The notes beneath the pieces were generated by a model. The model searched no databases. It was not told the origin of the DNA and was given only the letters and a program-made list of their open reading frames with translations. This document shows, piece by piece, positions 23,770 through 37,065 of a stretch of 64,000 bases of DNA. The stretch is from NCBI GenBank assembly GCA_034780895.1, contig JAUZTB010000073.1:18120756-18184755 (forward strand). The letters run 5' to 3'. Within the stretch, counting starts at the first letter, position 1. Every line of letters starts with the position of its first letter. The position numbers and the translations under genes are program-made. This stretch comes from Rhynchobatus australiae. Taxonomy: Eukaryota.

Positions 23770-25870
23770 TCCATTACAGATTCTCCTCTCAATCTTCGCT
23801 TCCATTTTACACTGGCCAAATGCCTGTTCATTCCATTGAACTTTGACCTCTTCTGACTTTGAAGCTCTGTTTCTCCCATTGACACATGGTTCACCTCATC
23901 CACCTTATTTTCCAGAAGCAGACTTAGCGATGCCAAGAACATACTGCTCAAAGAAGATATTTAAACTACCGCTGAGGATGATAATTTTGTTGTAAATTGT
24001 TGAAGACGATTAATGACCTTTGCCTGATGATCTTCGTGTGATTTTGCAGCACTAAAATTGATTTCTCCTGGCTTTTTCCTATGATCACTTGCATGGAATT
24101 TCATTGTTTGAGGCCTCCAGCATATACCAATGGAACACATAGCCCAGCAAGCCACAATGGCAGGGGACAATGGCATTGACTTACCACAAATATATCGATT
24201 TTGAATAGGAGTGGGGCAATATAGGAATCTCTAACTAAGCTCAAGAACCATTCATCTGAGTGAATTCATGTTGAGTGAATGGACATGTTTTTTTAAGGTG
24301 AAGTTACCTGGGAGATTGAAGAAGAAAGGTTTGTGAGTGTCGAAGCAGTTTTACTGATGGAGAGTGTACATAGAGAGACCCAGTGTTCGAAAGGGCCTTT
24401 GGACAGGTATTGAATGGATGGCCAGAGTCTGACCAAGTTGCAGGAACTGAAACAATTCTACATTCATCACAATGATGCCAAGTGAGCAGAGATGTATCAA
24501 GTAGGGTCAGAGAGTAGCACACCTACTACTCTGGGAGAACATTTTGTCTGAACTCTATACTGAACACACAGGAATAGTCAATATGACAACAACTGCATGA
24601 GGTTTTGCTTATCAGCCTCTTCTGGATAGTAACCTTGAACCATTGGTGAGCAAACACAGTTTTTGCCAAAATTAAAGGAAGAACCCATAAAATCTCCTCT
24701 GCATGTTCATGCCCTATTAGAAATTTTTTTCAGAAAATACATGTAGACTTTTGTGCGAAAGGCAATGTGAGTTTCCTGGAGCTGATTCATAATCGCACAG
24801 AGTGGATTGAATTTAAGTGCATGGGTTCATGTACTGCTACTGAACATACTGGATGTGTATGTCCTGGAGCATTTCTGACAATGGCCCACAACTTTGATGA
24901 TCCTCGTGGCAAACTTTACAGAACAGAATGGTATCAAGCTTGCTCTCACTCCTTATGCCATTTGGCTTCAAACAGAGCAGCCCAAAGGTTGGCCAGAATA
25001 GTTAAAGAAACCCCTGAGAAACCAATGTTGTGGGGATATTCAAGCTTCAGAACAAAACATTACAGCCAATTTCTTGCTGAAATACAGGCCAACACCACAG
25101 GGTGTACAGCTGCAGAACTCTTTATGCAGTGTGTTTGAGAACACGCTTCACTTTGCTCAACTAAGTTTGGCTTCCAGAGTCAAACAATGGAGTCAAAGGC
25201 ATCACTATGACACTGATCAGAATCACTGAACTTCCAAACACAGCAAGCATATTCATGTCCTTAGCCTACATAACAAGTCAAGCTCAAAGAAATAAGAGGT
25301 ATGAATCACAATAGTGGTTTGAGGAGCCTTGACTTTTCTGGCTGAAATTTTGTCAAAATCCAAAGTGTTCATACAGATCAAAATATATTAATCTTGTAAA
25401 TACTAAACATGAATCAAATCTAGATAACGAACAACTCAACCATGAAATGGTGTCTGGGTTGGATCCAGTGGATCCTTCGGGATGTGAAATGACAAATGCA
25501 AACATATCTGACAAACAGAGGCTTTGAGTTCAGATCCATAATTGAATAGTTCAAAAGTAGATTCAGCATCAGCACCTGTAAGATCAGAAGGACTCCCAAA
25601 ACCAATTACTAAACTAGATTTAAAATAGTTCATTAAATATATATAGTAATATGTTAGTTGTATTAGAGGAGCTCTGTAATGTACCTTTTTGTGTGGACTT
25701 TCTATCTGTATGTGTTCATATTTGAACTATGATCTTGTTTGATGGTGGAGTCATATGTGTTCTCTGCCTACTTCTCAACATTGGAATACTTTTACAAACA
25801 TTCAGTCTGCCAGCTTAAAGGCTGAACGAGGAAATAATTTTAAGTGTGCTGCTTTGTACACGAACATCTA
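23770..25870 (+). mobile_element. Decayed Ty3/Gypsy LTR retrotransposon (RNase H-integrase, pol end, possible 3' LTR)
   Basis: KIHVDF..FLELI...EWIE; HLASNRAAQRL (consensus HPASNGAAER); NTTGCTAAELFM; pol-like terminus P..KLD near 25620, then a purine tract and TGTAAT. Confidence 0.75.
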
Positions 25871-27559
25871 CTGACATATATGCTGTACGTTCAATGCACT
25901 CATGAAGACATTACAGGTATGAGGGCCAAATGTCTTCCTCACACTGTATCTTTCAACANNNNNNNNNNNNNNNNNNNNNNNNNNNNNNNNNNNNNNNNNN
26001 NNNNNNNNNNNNNNNNNNNNNNNNNNNNNNNNNNNNNNNNNNNNNNNNNNNNNNNNNNNNNNNNNNNNNNNNNNNNNNNNNNNNNNNNNNNNNNNNNNNN
26101 NNNNNNNNNNNNNNNNNNNNNNNNNNNNNNNNNNNNNNNNNNNNNNNNNNNNNNNNNNNNNNNNNNNNNNNNNNNNNNNNNNNNNNNNNNNNNNNNNNNN
26201 NNNNNNNNNNNNNNNNNNNNNNNNNNNNNNNNNNNNNNNNNNNNNNNNNNNNNNNNNNNNNNNNNNNNNNNNNNNNNNNNNNNNNNNNNNNNNNNNNNNN
26301 NNNNNNNNNNNNNNNNNNNNNNNNNNNNNNNNNNNNNNNNNNNNNNNNNNNNNNNNNNNNNNNNNNNNNNNNNNNNNNNNNNATTTGAAATGAACTACCA
26401 ACTCATTTGGTAATAGATCTTTAAACCAGGAGACAGATGAGAATTTCATCCCAATCCTGGATTCTTGCACGTCTCTGAATATTTTTTCTCTGCAGCAATT
26501 TTGTACTTCCCTGTCCAATGCCCTTTTCCACTCTCTCCTCCTGTAAGACATTCCTAAAACCAACCCCTTCCATCAAGTTTTTGGCTAGTTGTTATAATGT
26601 CTCATGTGTAAACTCTTTTGATAATTGCTCCTGAGATCCACCACAATGGTAAAGGCCCTAAACAAATGTCAGTTGGGGTTGTTGGATTTGAATTCTGAGA
26701 CATATATCAAAATATCCACATATCCACTTACCCTTGTGTTCACTTCCATGGGTATTAATTGGCAATAACCGTGGAAAGCTGGTATTAGTTACTTTATATG
26801 CAATGCTTATCATCCAATTCCTTGCTAACTGCTAAATACAGATATGAAGTTGAAACAACTCTTAACCTGCTTTAGGTAGCTTGAATGTATAATAATTTGC
26901 AACCTGTTAAAGGCTGTGGTGGTGGTACCAGGTCTTATGCTAAGTTTTTGCCTTCTTGGATGTTTGTGTTACATTGCATAGTATTTGTTGTGTGATGTTT
27001 TGTGCATTGTAGTTCTCACCATCCTTGGTCACTTGTTCTAAGTGGACAATTTATGCAGCTACTGAGCTATATAGTAATAATGAATCAAAGCCTTTCAGAC
27101 AATGTATTATTTATCGAAGCATAATGGCCTTTCTATTGAACTGCAGTGGTCTCTCTGTATCAGAAACTTACATTCATTATGCAAAAATTTAGTATTGATG
27201 ATGGATACCATGTAACAACTAGATCATCGTAGAGAGCCAGTGGGCTCACTATTGTCCCTCAGAGAAGGAAATCTGCTATCTTTTGCCTCTCTGGTCCTTG
27301 TGTGACTTCTGGTCCACAGTAATNNNNNNNNNNNNNNNNNNNNNNNNNNNNNNNNNNNNNNNNNNNNNNNNNNNNNNNNNNNNNNNNNNNNNNNNNNNNN
27401 NNNNNNNNNNNNNNNNNNNNNNNAAATGAGCCAATTAGAATTTTTTAAGTCTCCTCCCAATTGTTAGCAAATTAATGGAAGGAGTTGTGGACAATACTCT
27501 TGTCCTTTGGCACAATAATTTACTCATTGGTCCTGGAGAGACAATATTCACTTCTATTT

Positions 27560-28385
27560 TCAACTCCTGAGATGATAAAGCAGTCTATGCCCATATGTAG
27601 AAAGAGCTGGACAACATTCATGGATGACATAAAAGAGAAGTAACATTATGTTACTCAAGAACCAGTGAATGAATATATTGAACAAGAGAAAATCTAACTA
27701 CCTTCCATTGATATTACTATTATCTAATTTCTTCACATCCTGGTTTTATGGGTGAGGGGTGGTTGGTAGGGGAGGTCACCATTTTCCACATTCTCAACAG
27801 GAACAACTACCTTATTACTGTGGCTACAAATAGGATAGCAGAGGCTGGGTCCCTGTTCTATATCTCATCTCCTGACTCTTCAAAGCCTTTCCAGTACCTA
27901 CAATCTGCAATTAGAAGTTTGATTGATTACCATCTACTTGTCTGAATGAATACAATCCCAACTACAGCCAAGAACTTTGACACTGGCCCAATAATTGGTT
28001 CCCCATACACCACCTTTAAACTTTTGTTTCTACTATAGCACACCGTATCTGTGGTATATAATCTGCAAGATGCACTACAGGAATTTGCCAAGGTTTTTTC
28101 AGCAGCCCCTCCCAAAACTGTGACCTCCTCCAGTTATAAGGATGAGGGCAGCAAATGCTTTGGAACGTAACCAATTGAGAATTTTTCTCCAAGTTCAACA
28201 CCATTCAGATATGCATTCACTCATTGTCACTGAGTTGAAGTACTGGAACTCCCTTCCCAACAGCACAGTGGGATTCCCTCACTGCACAAACCGCTGTGGT
28301 TCAAGAAAGTAGCTCACCATCTCCTTCTCATGGTCATTTTGGGATGGATGAAGGTTGCAGCCTTGCCAATGGTTGTCATCCTATA
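27560..28385 (+). mobile_element. CR1/L2-group LINE 3' fragment (second family)
   Basis: gagctggacaacattc...ctggaactcccttcccaacagcacagtggg...ggttcaagaaagtagctcaccatctccttctc tail; same family as 39.3 and 49.2 kb. Confidence 0.8.
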
Positions 28386-28651
28386 AACTCTTTTAAGAAG
28401 TGTGAAGCCTCAGTCATCAGCAAGAAGCTATGGACTTGAAATTATTGTACACAGGAAATGGTATTCCATAGGAGCAGAAAACTAATGCTGATGTATTAGA
28501 TGTTTGGTCTGTCCCTACCCTATTGCAGACCAGTTGGATGTCAGGATTAAAAATGTGCCCATTCGGAGCCTGTTCCAATACTGAGTTTGGGATTTCAGAT
28601 GGCGAGCAGTCACTGTCTCCATTGGAGCTGTGCTGTCACTTTGTGTATGGT

Positions 28652-29195
28652 AAATTGATAAATTGGTTTATTATTGTCACATGTACTGAGATGCAGTGAA
28701 AAACTTGTCTTGCATACCGTTCATACATATCAATTCATTACACCGGTGCGTTGAGGTAATACAAGGTAACCAATAACAGAATACAGAATAAAGTGCTACA
28801 GTTACAGAGAAAGTGCAGTGCAGGTGGAAAATAAGGTGCAAGGTCATAACGAGGTAGATTGTGAGGTCAAGAGTCCATCTTATTGTACCAGGGCACCGTT
28901 CAATAGTCTTACAACAACAGGATAGAAGCTATCCTTGAACCTGGTGGTATGTGATTTCAGGCTTTTGTATCTTGTGCCCAATGGGAGAGGGGAGAAGAGA
29001 GAGTGTCCAGGGTGGGTGGGGTCTTTGATTATGCCAAGGTAGCAAGAACTATAGACAGAGTCCATGGAGGCGAGGCTGGTTTCTGTGACGTGCTGATCAG
29101 TTGCCATACCAAGCTATGATGCATCCAGATGGGATGTTTTCTATGGTGCATCAATAAAAATTGGTGAGAGTCAAAGGGGACATGCCTAATTTCTT
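28652..29195 (-). mobile_element. Rex1/Babar LINE 3' fragment
   Basis: ORF 28880-29107 IIKDPTHPGHSLFSPLPLGTRYKSLKSHTTRFKDSFYP..VRLLN; tail aaattgataaattggtttattattgtcacatgtac. Confidence 0.92.
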
Positions 29196-30424
29196 ATTTG
29201 AGTTCAGTGTTGCAATAATCAGAGCGGAATTGGTGAGGGTAGATATCAGGGGCCTTTTCTGTGATGGTCAGGAATTCAGGAGGGGAGAGGTTGAGCCAAA
29301 GATGATGTAAGGTGAGAAACTGAGGCCTCCTTCAGCAGTCTCAGCAATTCATGTTTCAGGGGTGAATTATCAAATGATTGTAGCCTGTGCCTTACAGAGA
29401 GGGGGAGGGGGTAATTGATGCAGTGTGGGTGAGAGTGCCCTAGGGATTAAAGATAAGAAAGGNNNNNNNNNNNNNNNNNNNNNNNNNNNNNNNNNNNNNN
29501 NCTAAGGAGTGCCTAAGAATGTTCACACTTGTGGTTCAAGTTCCCCTGAAACAGTGGGCATTGCACCGGGAATGATATCATCCCGTGTGCCCTGGAAGGA
29601 AATCTCATCAAATTTGCAAGGGTAATTCCTGCCTGGAAATGTATGATGGAATTTCTGGAGTTACGCAAAAGGACCCAGAAATAGAAAACACTCAAACTTT
29701 GATTGCATAAACCTGGAAAAAAAAACATTATGCAATTGAATTTCAGGGCATATATTGCCTAAGTTCCTAACTCTTGATGGACATTGCTCAGGCATTGGTT
29801 ACCCATATTATCCATGACAGTCAATCCTGTCTTCATCCATCTATCAGAAACTGAGCAAAGTAAACATTGTTCATTTGGATGAACTCTGACTTTCAGTCAT
29901 ACAGCCAGTTTTCCCATTCATTATATTTTTACAATAAGTAACAGAAATTATTTAAGGAAAACAATCTTGTCTATTGAGCTCTGATCATTCTCTGTTAGTT
30001 ACACAGCCCTGTTGATTGTTGGAGTCTCGGGGACGTTGTAGAGAATTATCATGTTCTCCTCTCTAGTTTTGGATTGCATGTTGAGCAACTATCCCTTTGC
30101 ACAGAGAGAGGAGGGTAATTTGGAAGGGATGCCCAAAAGGGCTGTAATCCAAGTGAATCTAAAGGGAGATTATCAGATGCTCCAATTCAATCTTCACTTA
30201 GTAACCAGGCAAGGTAGGGGAATGAGACAGCTACTTAATATACATCTCGGTTTTGTTGCTGAATCTTAAACACGGCAATATCTCCTGCTATAACCATACG
30301 AGATCAAGTCTCAAAGGTGTAGTGTTTTAATATCTCTCAATATACTTTGGAACTAGATCCAATCCTCACTAAATTCTCAGTCCAACCCAAAGCCAGAATT
30401 AATTGCATTCCTACAATAGTAATG

Positions 30425-30745
30425 GGTATGGTAGCACAATGATGAAGTGACTGGTCCAACAAACAAAGTTCAGAACTATTGATTCAGAAGCACATTCAAA
30501 TCTCACCATAGCATATGTTGAATTTAAATTCTAGTTTAAATTAATTTAGAATTACAAAAAATCTTGTCAAAATAACAATAATTTTGAAACTACTGGATTG
30601 TCATGAAAGCCATCTGATTCACTAAGGTCCTGCAGTGTGACTCTGGGCCCACTGATGTAATTGACTTTCGATGCCTCCTCAGGGTAGAGGCTACTAAGGA
30701 TGATACCAGCATTGCCAGTAACATTCACATCCTGTGAACCAATTT
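30425..30745 (+). mobile_element. SINE (second family; tail shared with the CR1/L2-group LINE)
   Basis: ttcaaatctcaccatagc...gaatttaaattc...gaaactactggattgtc...ctgattcactaa...cattgccagtaacattcacatcctgtga; paralogue at 47070-47430. Confidence 0.7.
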
Positions 30746-30999
30746 GAGAAGGCAGCACGTTTTTTGGGGAAGACCAAGTGCTGAAGTTAATTGCTGTCAA
30801 AGGCCTATGAACAGCTTTTAAGAATGGTTAAAGAAAAATTTAAATAATTTGATAAAAAATTACCTGTAAAGGAATAAATTTACTTTAATGTTAATTAAAA
30901 ACATTAAAATTAAATAAAACAATATTTACCCTCACTAAGCCTTTCAATCCAGGATCGCAACCTCAGTCAAATGTCATTGCTAAATATGCCAGCCATCGT

Positions 31000-31320
31000 A
31001 GAGTCATAGAGCACGAAAATATGCTGTTTGGCCCATCAAGTTCATGCCAACCATCAAGTGCCCATCATCAGTAATCCTGCATTAACCCTATTTCATTCTC
31101 CCCACATTCCCACCATTTCCCTCCAGATTCTACCACTCACCTACGCACTGGGCAATTTACAGTGGCCAATTAACTTACATACCCACACCTGTAGGAAATT
31201 AGATCGCTCAGAGGTTACCCACTGGGAGACTGTGCACATACAGCACTGGAGGTCAGGACTGAACCCCAGTCGCTGGAGCACTGAGGCAACAGTTCTCCTA
31301 CCTGTGCTACTGTGCTGCTC
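31000..31320 (-). mobile_element. HE1-type V-SINE
   Basis: Minus-strand tRNA-like head gcagcacagtagcacagg...gcctcagtgctccagcgactggggttcagtcctgacc; central ttaattggccactgtaaattgccc; CR1-like tail. Confidence 0.85.
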
Positions 31321-31539
31321 TTGAGTAAATCTGTGGAGCTGGATGTGAAGTGTTCCTGGCCCCTTGGCTCATCTCCTTCTCTCTGGGCTCATTACTCTGT
31401 TCAGCCGTGGAGTTGAACAGGAGGTCAGATGTGCAGTAAGGAAGTCTGGAACAAGCTGACCCGGGCATTGTGGTTAGTTGGCATTACTCTGCAGGGTCAC
31501 CAGCTAAAAATCTGCCCTTTTCCATCCCGAGAGGTCAGG

Positions 31540-31945
31540 TGACAGGTGACAGAGATAGGTTTTAAATAATGTCTTAAAATAGAAGAGATCGCAGGAGTGG
31601 TTTGAGGAAAGAGTGGCAGAAGTGAAGTTCCAAAGTTTCGGGGGGGGGTGGCATGGGGGCAAGGTAATTGAAGGCTCAGCTATGCTGGTGAAGTGATGGG
31701 AGTTGGGAATTGGAGGAATGCCAGAGAGGGAACAACGACAAGGAAGGCACTGTTACCTCCATCAACCCATGGTGAAATAATTTGTAAAACAATGGAATTT
31801 TTAAAATCCACAAGTTGCTGAAATGTGTGACAGTATAAGGTGATGAGCACAGAGCAATGAAAAAATAGGACTTGATATGAGCCATATACAGCCAGCAGAA
31901 TTCTTGATGGCCAGTGTGGTTTATAGTAGGATTCAAATGGGCTGG
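31540..31945 (-). mobile_element. L2-clade LINE fragment
   Basis: agagataggttttaaataatgtcttaaa...; same family as 900-1380. Confidence 0.6.
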
Positions 31946-31949
31946 AGTT

Positions 31950-32070
31950 GCGAGACTGCAGATGCTGGAATTTGGAGCAAAAAACAAACTGCTGGTGGAA
32001 CTCAGCAGGTCAGGCAGCTTCTGTGGAGGGAAATGGACAGTCGAAGTTTTGAATTGAGACCCTTCATCTG
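31950..32070 (-). mobile_element. PLE-derived short repeat with degenerate hammerhead-like motif
   Basis: gagactgcagatgctggaat...gaactcagcaggtcaggcagc...ggacagtcgaagttttgaattgagacccttcatctg (minus: CAGATGA AGGG...). Confidence 0.75.
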
Positions 32071-34069
32071 AGGTGAGATAGCCAGTATAAAGAGTTGAGT
32101 GGGGCAAAGTGCGCTGACTTATTTTCAACATTGTTCCCTCTGTTTGGACCCACCCCATGCTGGAATACCCAGAGCTTCGGGAGTTATGCATGAAGCCCCA
32201 CAGAAGAAGATATAATAGATTAGGAATAGAAGAGGTCGTTTGTTCAAAACTGGTAAAGTGGTGCACTACATGGAGTTTACAAGACAGCAAATTCTCGGTG
32301 TATATGATGAAACAGATGTTGCCAACCTGGCTGTGTGATCAAGGATTATACAGAAAATACTAACATGTATAAGGCAAAGCATTCTTAAGCATTATAAAGC
32401 ATTCTTATTAAATTGAAAAGGTATTTAAAGGCAGAACATAAAACCTTTGTGGCTCGTCTGACTCGGCCTTGCAGAGGTACTGTACCATGAAACCAAGTTA
32501 AGCATTAATCAAGGATCCTCGTGAAAGGCAGTTCCTGTTTGCTGTGTGCTCAAGGTTGTCACTCATGATTGAGTTTATTTGGCTTTGAAAGGCACGATCC
32601 CACCCTCGCCCTGCTCTCACCATCCTTGGGATTTAACCTGGTTGGAGCTGGATTAAAAACATGGCAAGGAGTCCAGACTTTCTATCCAGCACAGAGATCA
32701 AATAATGTGTGGAATTGTCAGCATTGATCACATTGTGAGGATGAAATCCTGGATACTGATTGCATGCTAACAGCGACGTTTATGTTGCACAGTGAGTAGG
32801 TCCACAGGACTACCAGGCAAAACCTGATGTGGGGCCAAAAGGAGGCAATAAGATAAAGAGTGACCAAAACCTTGGTCAAACGGAGACGTTTTAAGGACCA
32901 TCCAATAGAGAAATTGAAAGGTAGAGAGATTTGGGGAAGTAATTCCTGAGCCTAGAAATTAGGCAGTGCTGAAAATTATATTCAATTTACAGCACAGAAC
33001 TATGGCCCAACTGACTCCTGCTCATCTTATCTGGATTTCCCTGAAAGACACCAAGGTTATTCACCCCAACAGCTGCAAGCAGCAATGAGGTCTACATTCT
33101 CGCCACTCTGGTTCCACGGTGCAATTAGCTCATGACAGGTCCGTGCTTGTCATGCCCTTACCCAACTAGAACAGCAGAGAAATGACAAGCACTAACCCTG
33201 GTTCTGATGACCTATGGCACTAGCCAGTGCCACATGGCCTCATCTAGAAAACAAATGCTTTGTCTGGCCAGATTCCTTTTGTATGATGTCCTATTTTCCA
33301 ATGGAATTTACCAGAAGCAATTTGCTGGGGGGGTAGTGGGCCAGATCATGATGACCCGTTAAGTGCTAGCCTGCAACCTGGAATCATTACTTGCCTTTCC
33401 TACAAGCCCAGTTACCTGGGCCTGATGTGGAGGCTGATCTCATGCCCTTGATTCTGCTAGGGAGGTCCAGACAGTGGCCAGGCCTTGAGCAGAGTCATGC
33501 AGAGGGGCTGGAATGCCCCTGACAGGCAGAGACTAAAGCCAATACTGAGGGTGTAACTTCACCTGCTGTCAAAGCTGCCATTGAATTGCACAGATTTTAT
33601 ATGCCTGACATTCAGAGATAGTTCAAAGCTATTAACATTGAAATTAGTCATTAAAATAAATAATGCTCATTAAAAACACTTGAAAAACACTTTGCCTCCT
33701 AATCTGCAGGCTGAAGATCCTCATTGAAATCAATAATGTTTTGCATGCTATGACAGGTGTGACTGGCACAGGATCTGTGTGGAGATTCCCCAGAGTAAAG
33801 CTGGGGAACCCAGTAAGAACGGGTTTCATGTGGAGTCCAGTGACAGAGCAGGGCGACAGATACAGATCCCCAGGATTTATCTTGGTTCAAATGGCTGAAT
33901 GCCAATGGTTGCCTTTGAAATCAAGGCCACAGTCAGCAAATCTGGCTGATTATGGACACCCTCTTTAAGCCAGCTGAAAATAACCCTTTGAAAACGTAAC
34001 TTTTGCAACCTTTTAATTAATTAAATTCTTTTTCAAAGTACCCCTAGGACATTTAGAACTGACAATAAT

Positions 34070-34280
34070 TGGCATACAGGATAGCACATACACTGAAATG
34101 CATTACCTGGGATAACAGAGGCTAGATTGCATTATACACAGTTTAGTGTAATCTGGATTGCACTAGGTATAGGATAATATAGGCTGGGTTCTGTTACACA
34201 CAGGAATACAAAGGCTGGATTCTGTTAGTTATGGGATAAAGCAGGTTTGTGTCATGCAAAGGATAACTCAACCTGGAACG
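34070..34280. repeat. Degenerate ~31-bp minisatellite
   Basis: Recurring ggataa....aggctggatt(g/c)..tta unit, about 6 copies. Confidence 0.55.
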
Positions 34281-34289
34281 GTGACAGCA

Positions 34290-34535
34290 AAAATAGAATA
34301 CTGCAGAAGCTGGAAATCTGAAATAAAGACAGAAATGCTGGAGATACTCAGCAGGTGATCCACATCANNNNNNNNNNNNNNNNNNNNNNNNNNNNNNNNN
34401 NNNNNNNNNNNNNNNNNNNNNNNNNNNNNNNNNNNNNNNNNNNNNNNNNNNNNNNNNNNNNNNNNNNGGAGATACTCAGCAGGTGATCCACATCAGTGGA
34501 GAAAGAAGCAGAGTTAACATTTCAGGTCGAAGTTT
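34290..34535 (-). mobile_element. PLE-derived short repeat (older subfamily), split by a gap
   Basis: ctgcagaagctggaaatctgaaataaagacagaaatgctggagatactcagcagg...gagttaacatttcaggtcga. Confidence 0.65.
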
Positions 34536-35529
34536 TTTCACATAATGCAAGCTAGATTGTATAACATACATTGGATGTCACTGATGATTCATAGAATGGT
34601 GTGGAATTGTACCGTATGTTCCATAAAGAGTGATATAAGGCAAGTTGTTTTACTTGAAATGCAATACAATGATCTGTTACATTAATGGGCATGTGAGAGT
34701 CCACAGGGTACAATCCCCACTCCTGAATGGAGAAGGCTGGTGTCTTTCAGTACTTGAGTCTCATTTCCAGAAAGCTGTTGAACTGTTCAGATCTACTGGT
34801 GAAGCACGATTGGATATCAGATCATAATGGTTAGGAAGTGTGCAACAATTCAATGGAGGATGGGGAGGTAACAGTTGGGAGAAAGGAGGAATGATGGGTA
34901 TGGAAATATTATTTGGGTATGGTGGGTTTTCAGGAATAAGGGCATTCAGGTTTGGGAGTGGAAATTAGGTGGAAGATGAGGGGTCAGGAAGGGCAGGCAG
35001 TTGGGGGAGGGAGGAAATAAGCAACGTGAGGAGAAATGGGTGGTCCAAAGGTAGGGTTGTGGGAGGAGGTGAAACAGATGGGTGTAAATTAGTCACCATT
35101 GATTGGGAGTTGGGATTAAGATCATCCCTGTTGTGTTCCAGTCTGTATATTGGCTGTATGTTTCTGAGTTGGTAAATGAATTCCAATAGCTAGAAATTCA
35201 TACACAATTGGTGGTGTTAGACCTAAAGTATAAATGAGTTGTACTCCATCTCTGAAAATCATTGCATTGCAATTGCTATGAGTTTCTGAGCAGGGTTTAA
35301 TGTGCTGATGCTACTGTATAGTGGGGTTTATTGCTGCTGACCAGGGATGAGGTTCTAGGTACAAAACTCTGTGGAAAATAAGAACACTCTACTATCACTA
35401 GGTCTCAAATCACTAATCACCCAAGCTTATAATGAACTTATATCAGCAGCAAGTCTCAAAAGCCAGCTATAATCTGATGACCTTTCATTCTCAATTTAAG
35501 GATCTGTTTATATGAACCAACGCAAATTA

Positions 35530-36070
35530 TATAGATTTGTATAGAATGTACTGCACAGAGTGAGGCCATTCAGCCTAATTTTTCTGGTCAATATTTTTTA
35601 CTCTAAGCATCCCATTGTCTTCCTTCATCTTGCCCTATAACAGCATTTCCTGTTTACCAGCTTCATCTTAAATGCATCTGTGGTATTCAATTAAACTAAT
35701 GCTTGCGGGAGGTAATGCATTCTTAATGCTCTTTGGGTAAAGACTTTTTTTGTATTCTTTATTGGATTAATTAATGTTTCTTTAATATTTATTACTCTTG
35801 TTTTGGGCTCTATCACATCCTCTGTCTGTCCAACTTGCTAAACCCACCCATCATTTTAAAGACTTCCATCAGGTCACCCCTCAGCATTCTGTTTTCCAAA
35901 AAAAAGTGGCCCAGTNNNNNNNNNNNNNNNNNNNNNNNNNNNNNNNNNNNNNNNNNNNNNNNNNNNNNNNNNNNNNNNNNNNNNNNNNNNNNNNNNNNNN
36001 NNNNNNNNNNNNNNNGTGTGAAGAATAGAATTGTGTACGATGCCCCAAGTGTGGTCTGACCAAGACAATT
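35530..36070 (-). mobile_element. CR1 LINE 3' fragment
   Basis: LVRPHLG; LGHFFLENRMLRGDLMEVFKMM.GF.KLD. Confidence 0.85.
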
Positions 36071-37065
36071 TTTGGGTAAAGCACTGAATGTGTTAACTTC
36101 AATTTTGTATAGTAGTACCATGTATGTAAGATGCTTCTGAGCCCTCAGCTATGAAAAAAATGCTGATTCCTCAGAAATTGTAAGGTTGTAGGACAACGGC
36201 GGACATTTTATTCTGTGCACAGATTTCTTTGGAGTCTCAAAATGGCTGCTACTGGAGAGAGAGGGAGAGAGAGAAATATTTCTTCATGCATCCAGTCAGC
36301 TGCCTGCTCTACATTTAACCTGCTATAAGGATTTCTGTTTGGCAGGTGAACGCATGACTGTTTAACTGAGCCACGTCTACAAGACTGTTCAATTAGCAGT
36401 TTTCTGCTTTTAAATTGGCTCCAGGCAAATGCCGATAAAATCATTTGTGCCAGATTTTTTTTTTGTCTTTGGACAGACTTGTTGAACCATTTATCCTGAA
36501 ATGCCCCCTTCTTGTTTGTTTAATTCAGTGAATGGTATGTGACGTGAATTAAAAAAAAGTCTTCACACATTCTAGCTTTCTGTTAGCAGGGCCATGAATT
36601 CTAGTTATCAAATCCCAAGTGCCTGCAACATTCTCTCTCACTTGTTTCAGGCATACAGCATTGTTTGCTTCTTAAAACTTCTCTCAGTTTTCTCTGCTAC
36701 AGTTCTGAATGCGGAGACTAGGTACTGTGCCCATTGGTCCTTTAGCTTCCTAGCACCACCATCCTACCGCAGCCCATTTCCTCCTAATGTACCCCCTGCT
36801 CCTTTATTAGGCAAATCATTCTCAACTCTTGGGGCTGGCCGGTGAGCATTGTGGACTAAAGATTAGGGATCAAAGGACAAGCAAGATCCCATTCTTATCT
36901 AATATTCAAGGACTTAGCACTTTCCAGCAGAGGTCACTATATAATTAGACAAAAAGGCAAAGCAGCCATCCTCCAACGTCAGGTCACCGAGTCAGAGGAA
37001 GTTTTATTCAAAATCATCTATATAGTGTCTTCCATGTATTCAAGAATCACAAGCTGATGTTTCAA

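Noticed and set aside
31676-32290. 204-aa minus-strand ORF
   Set aside because: Chance frame spanning an L2 remnant and a PLE-derived repeat.
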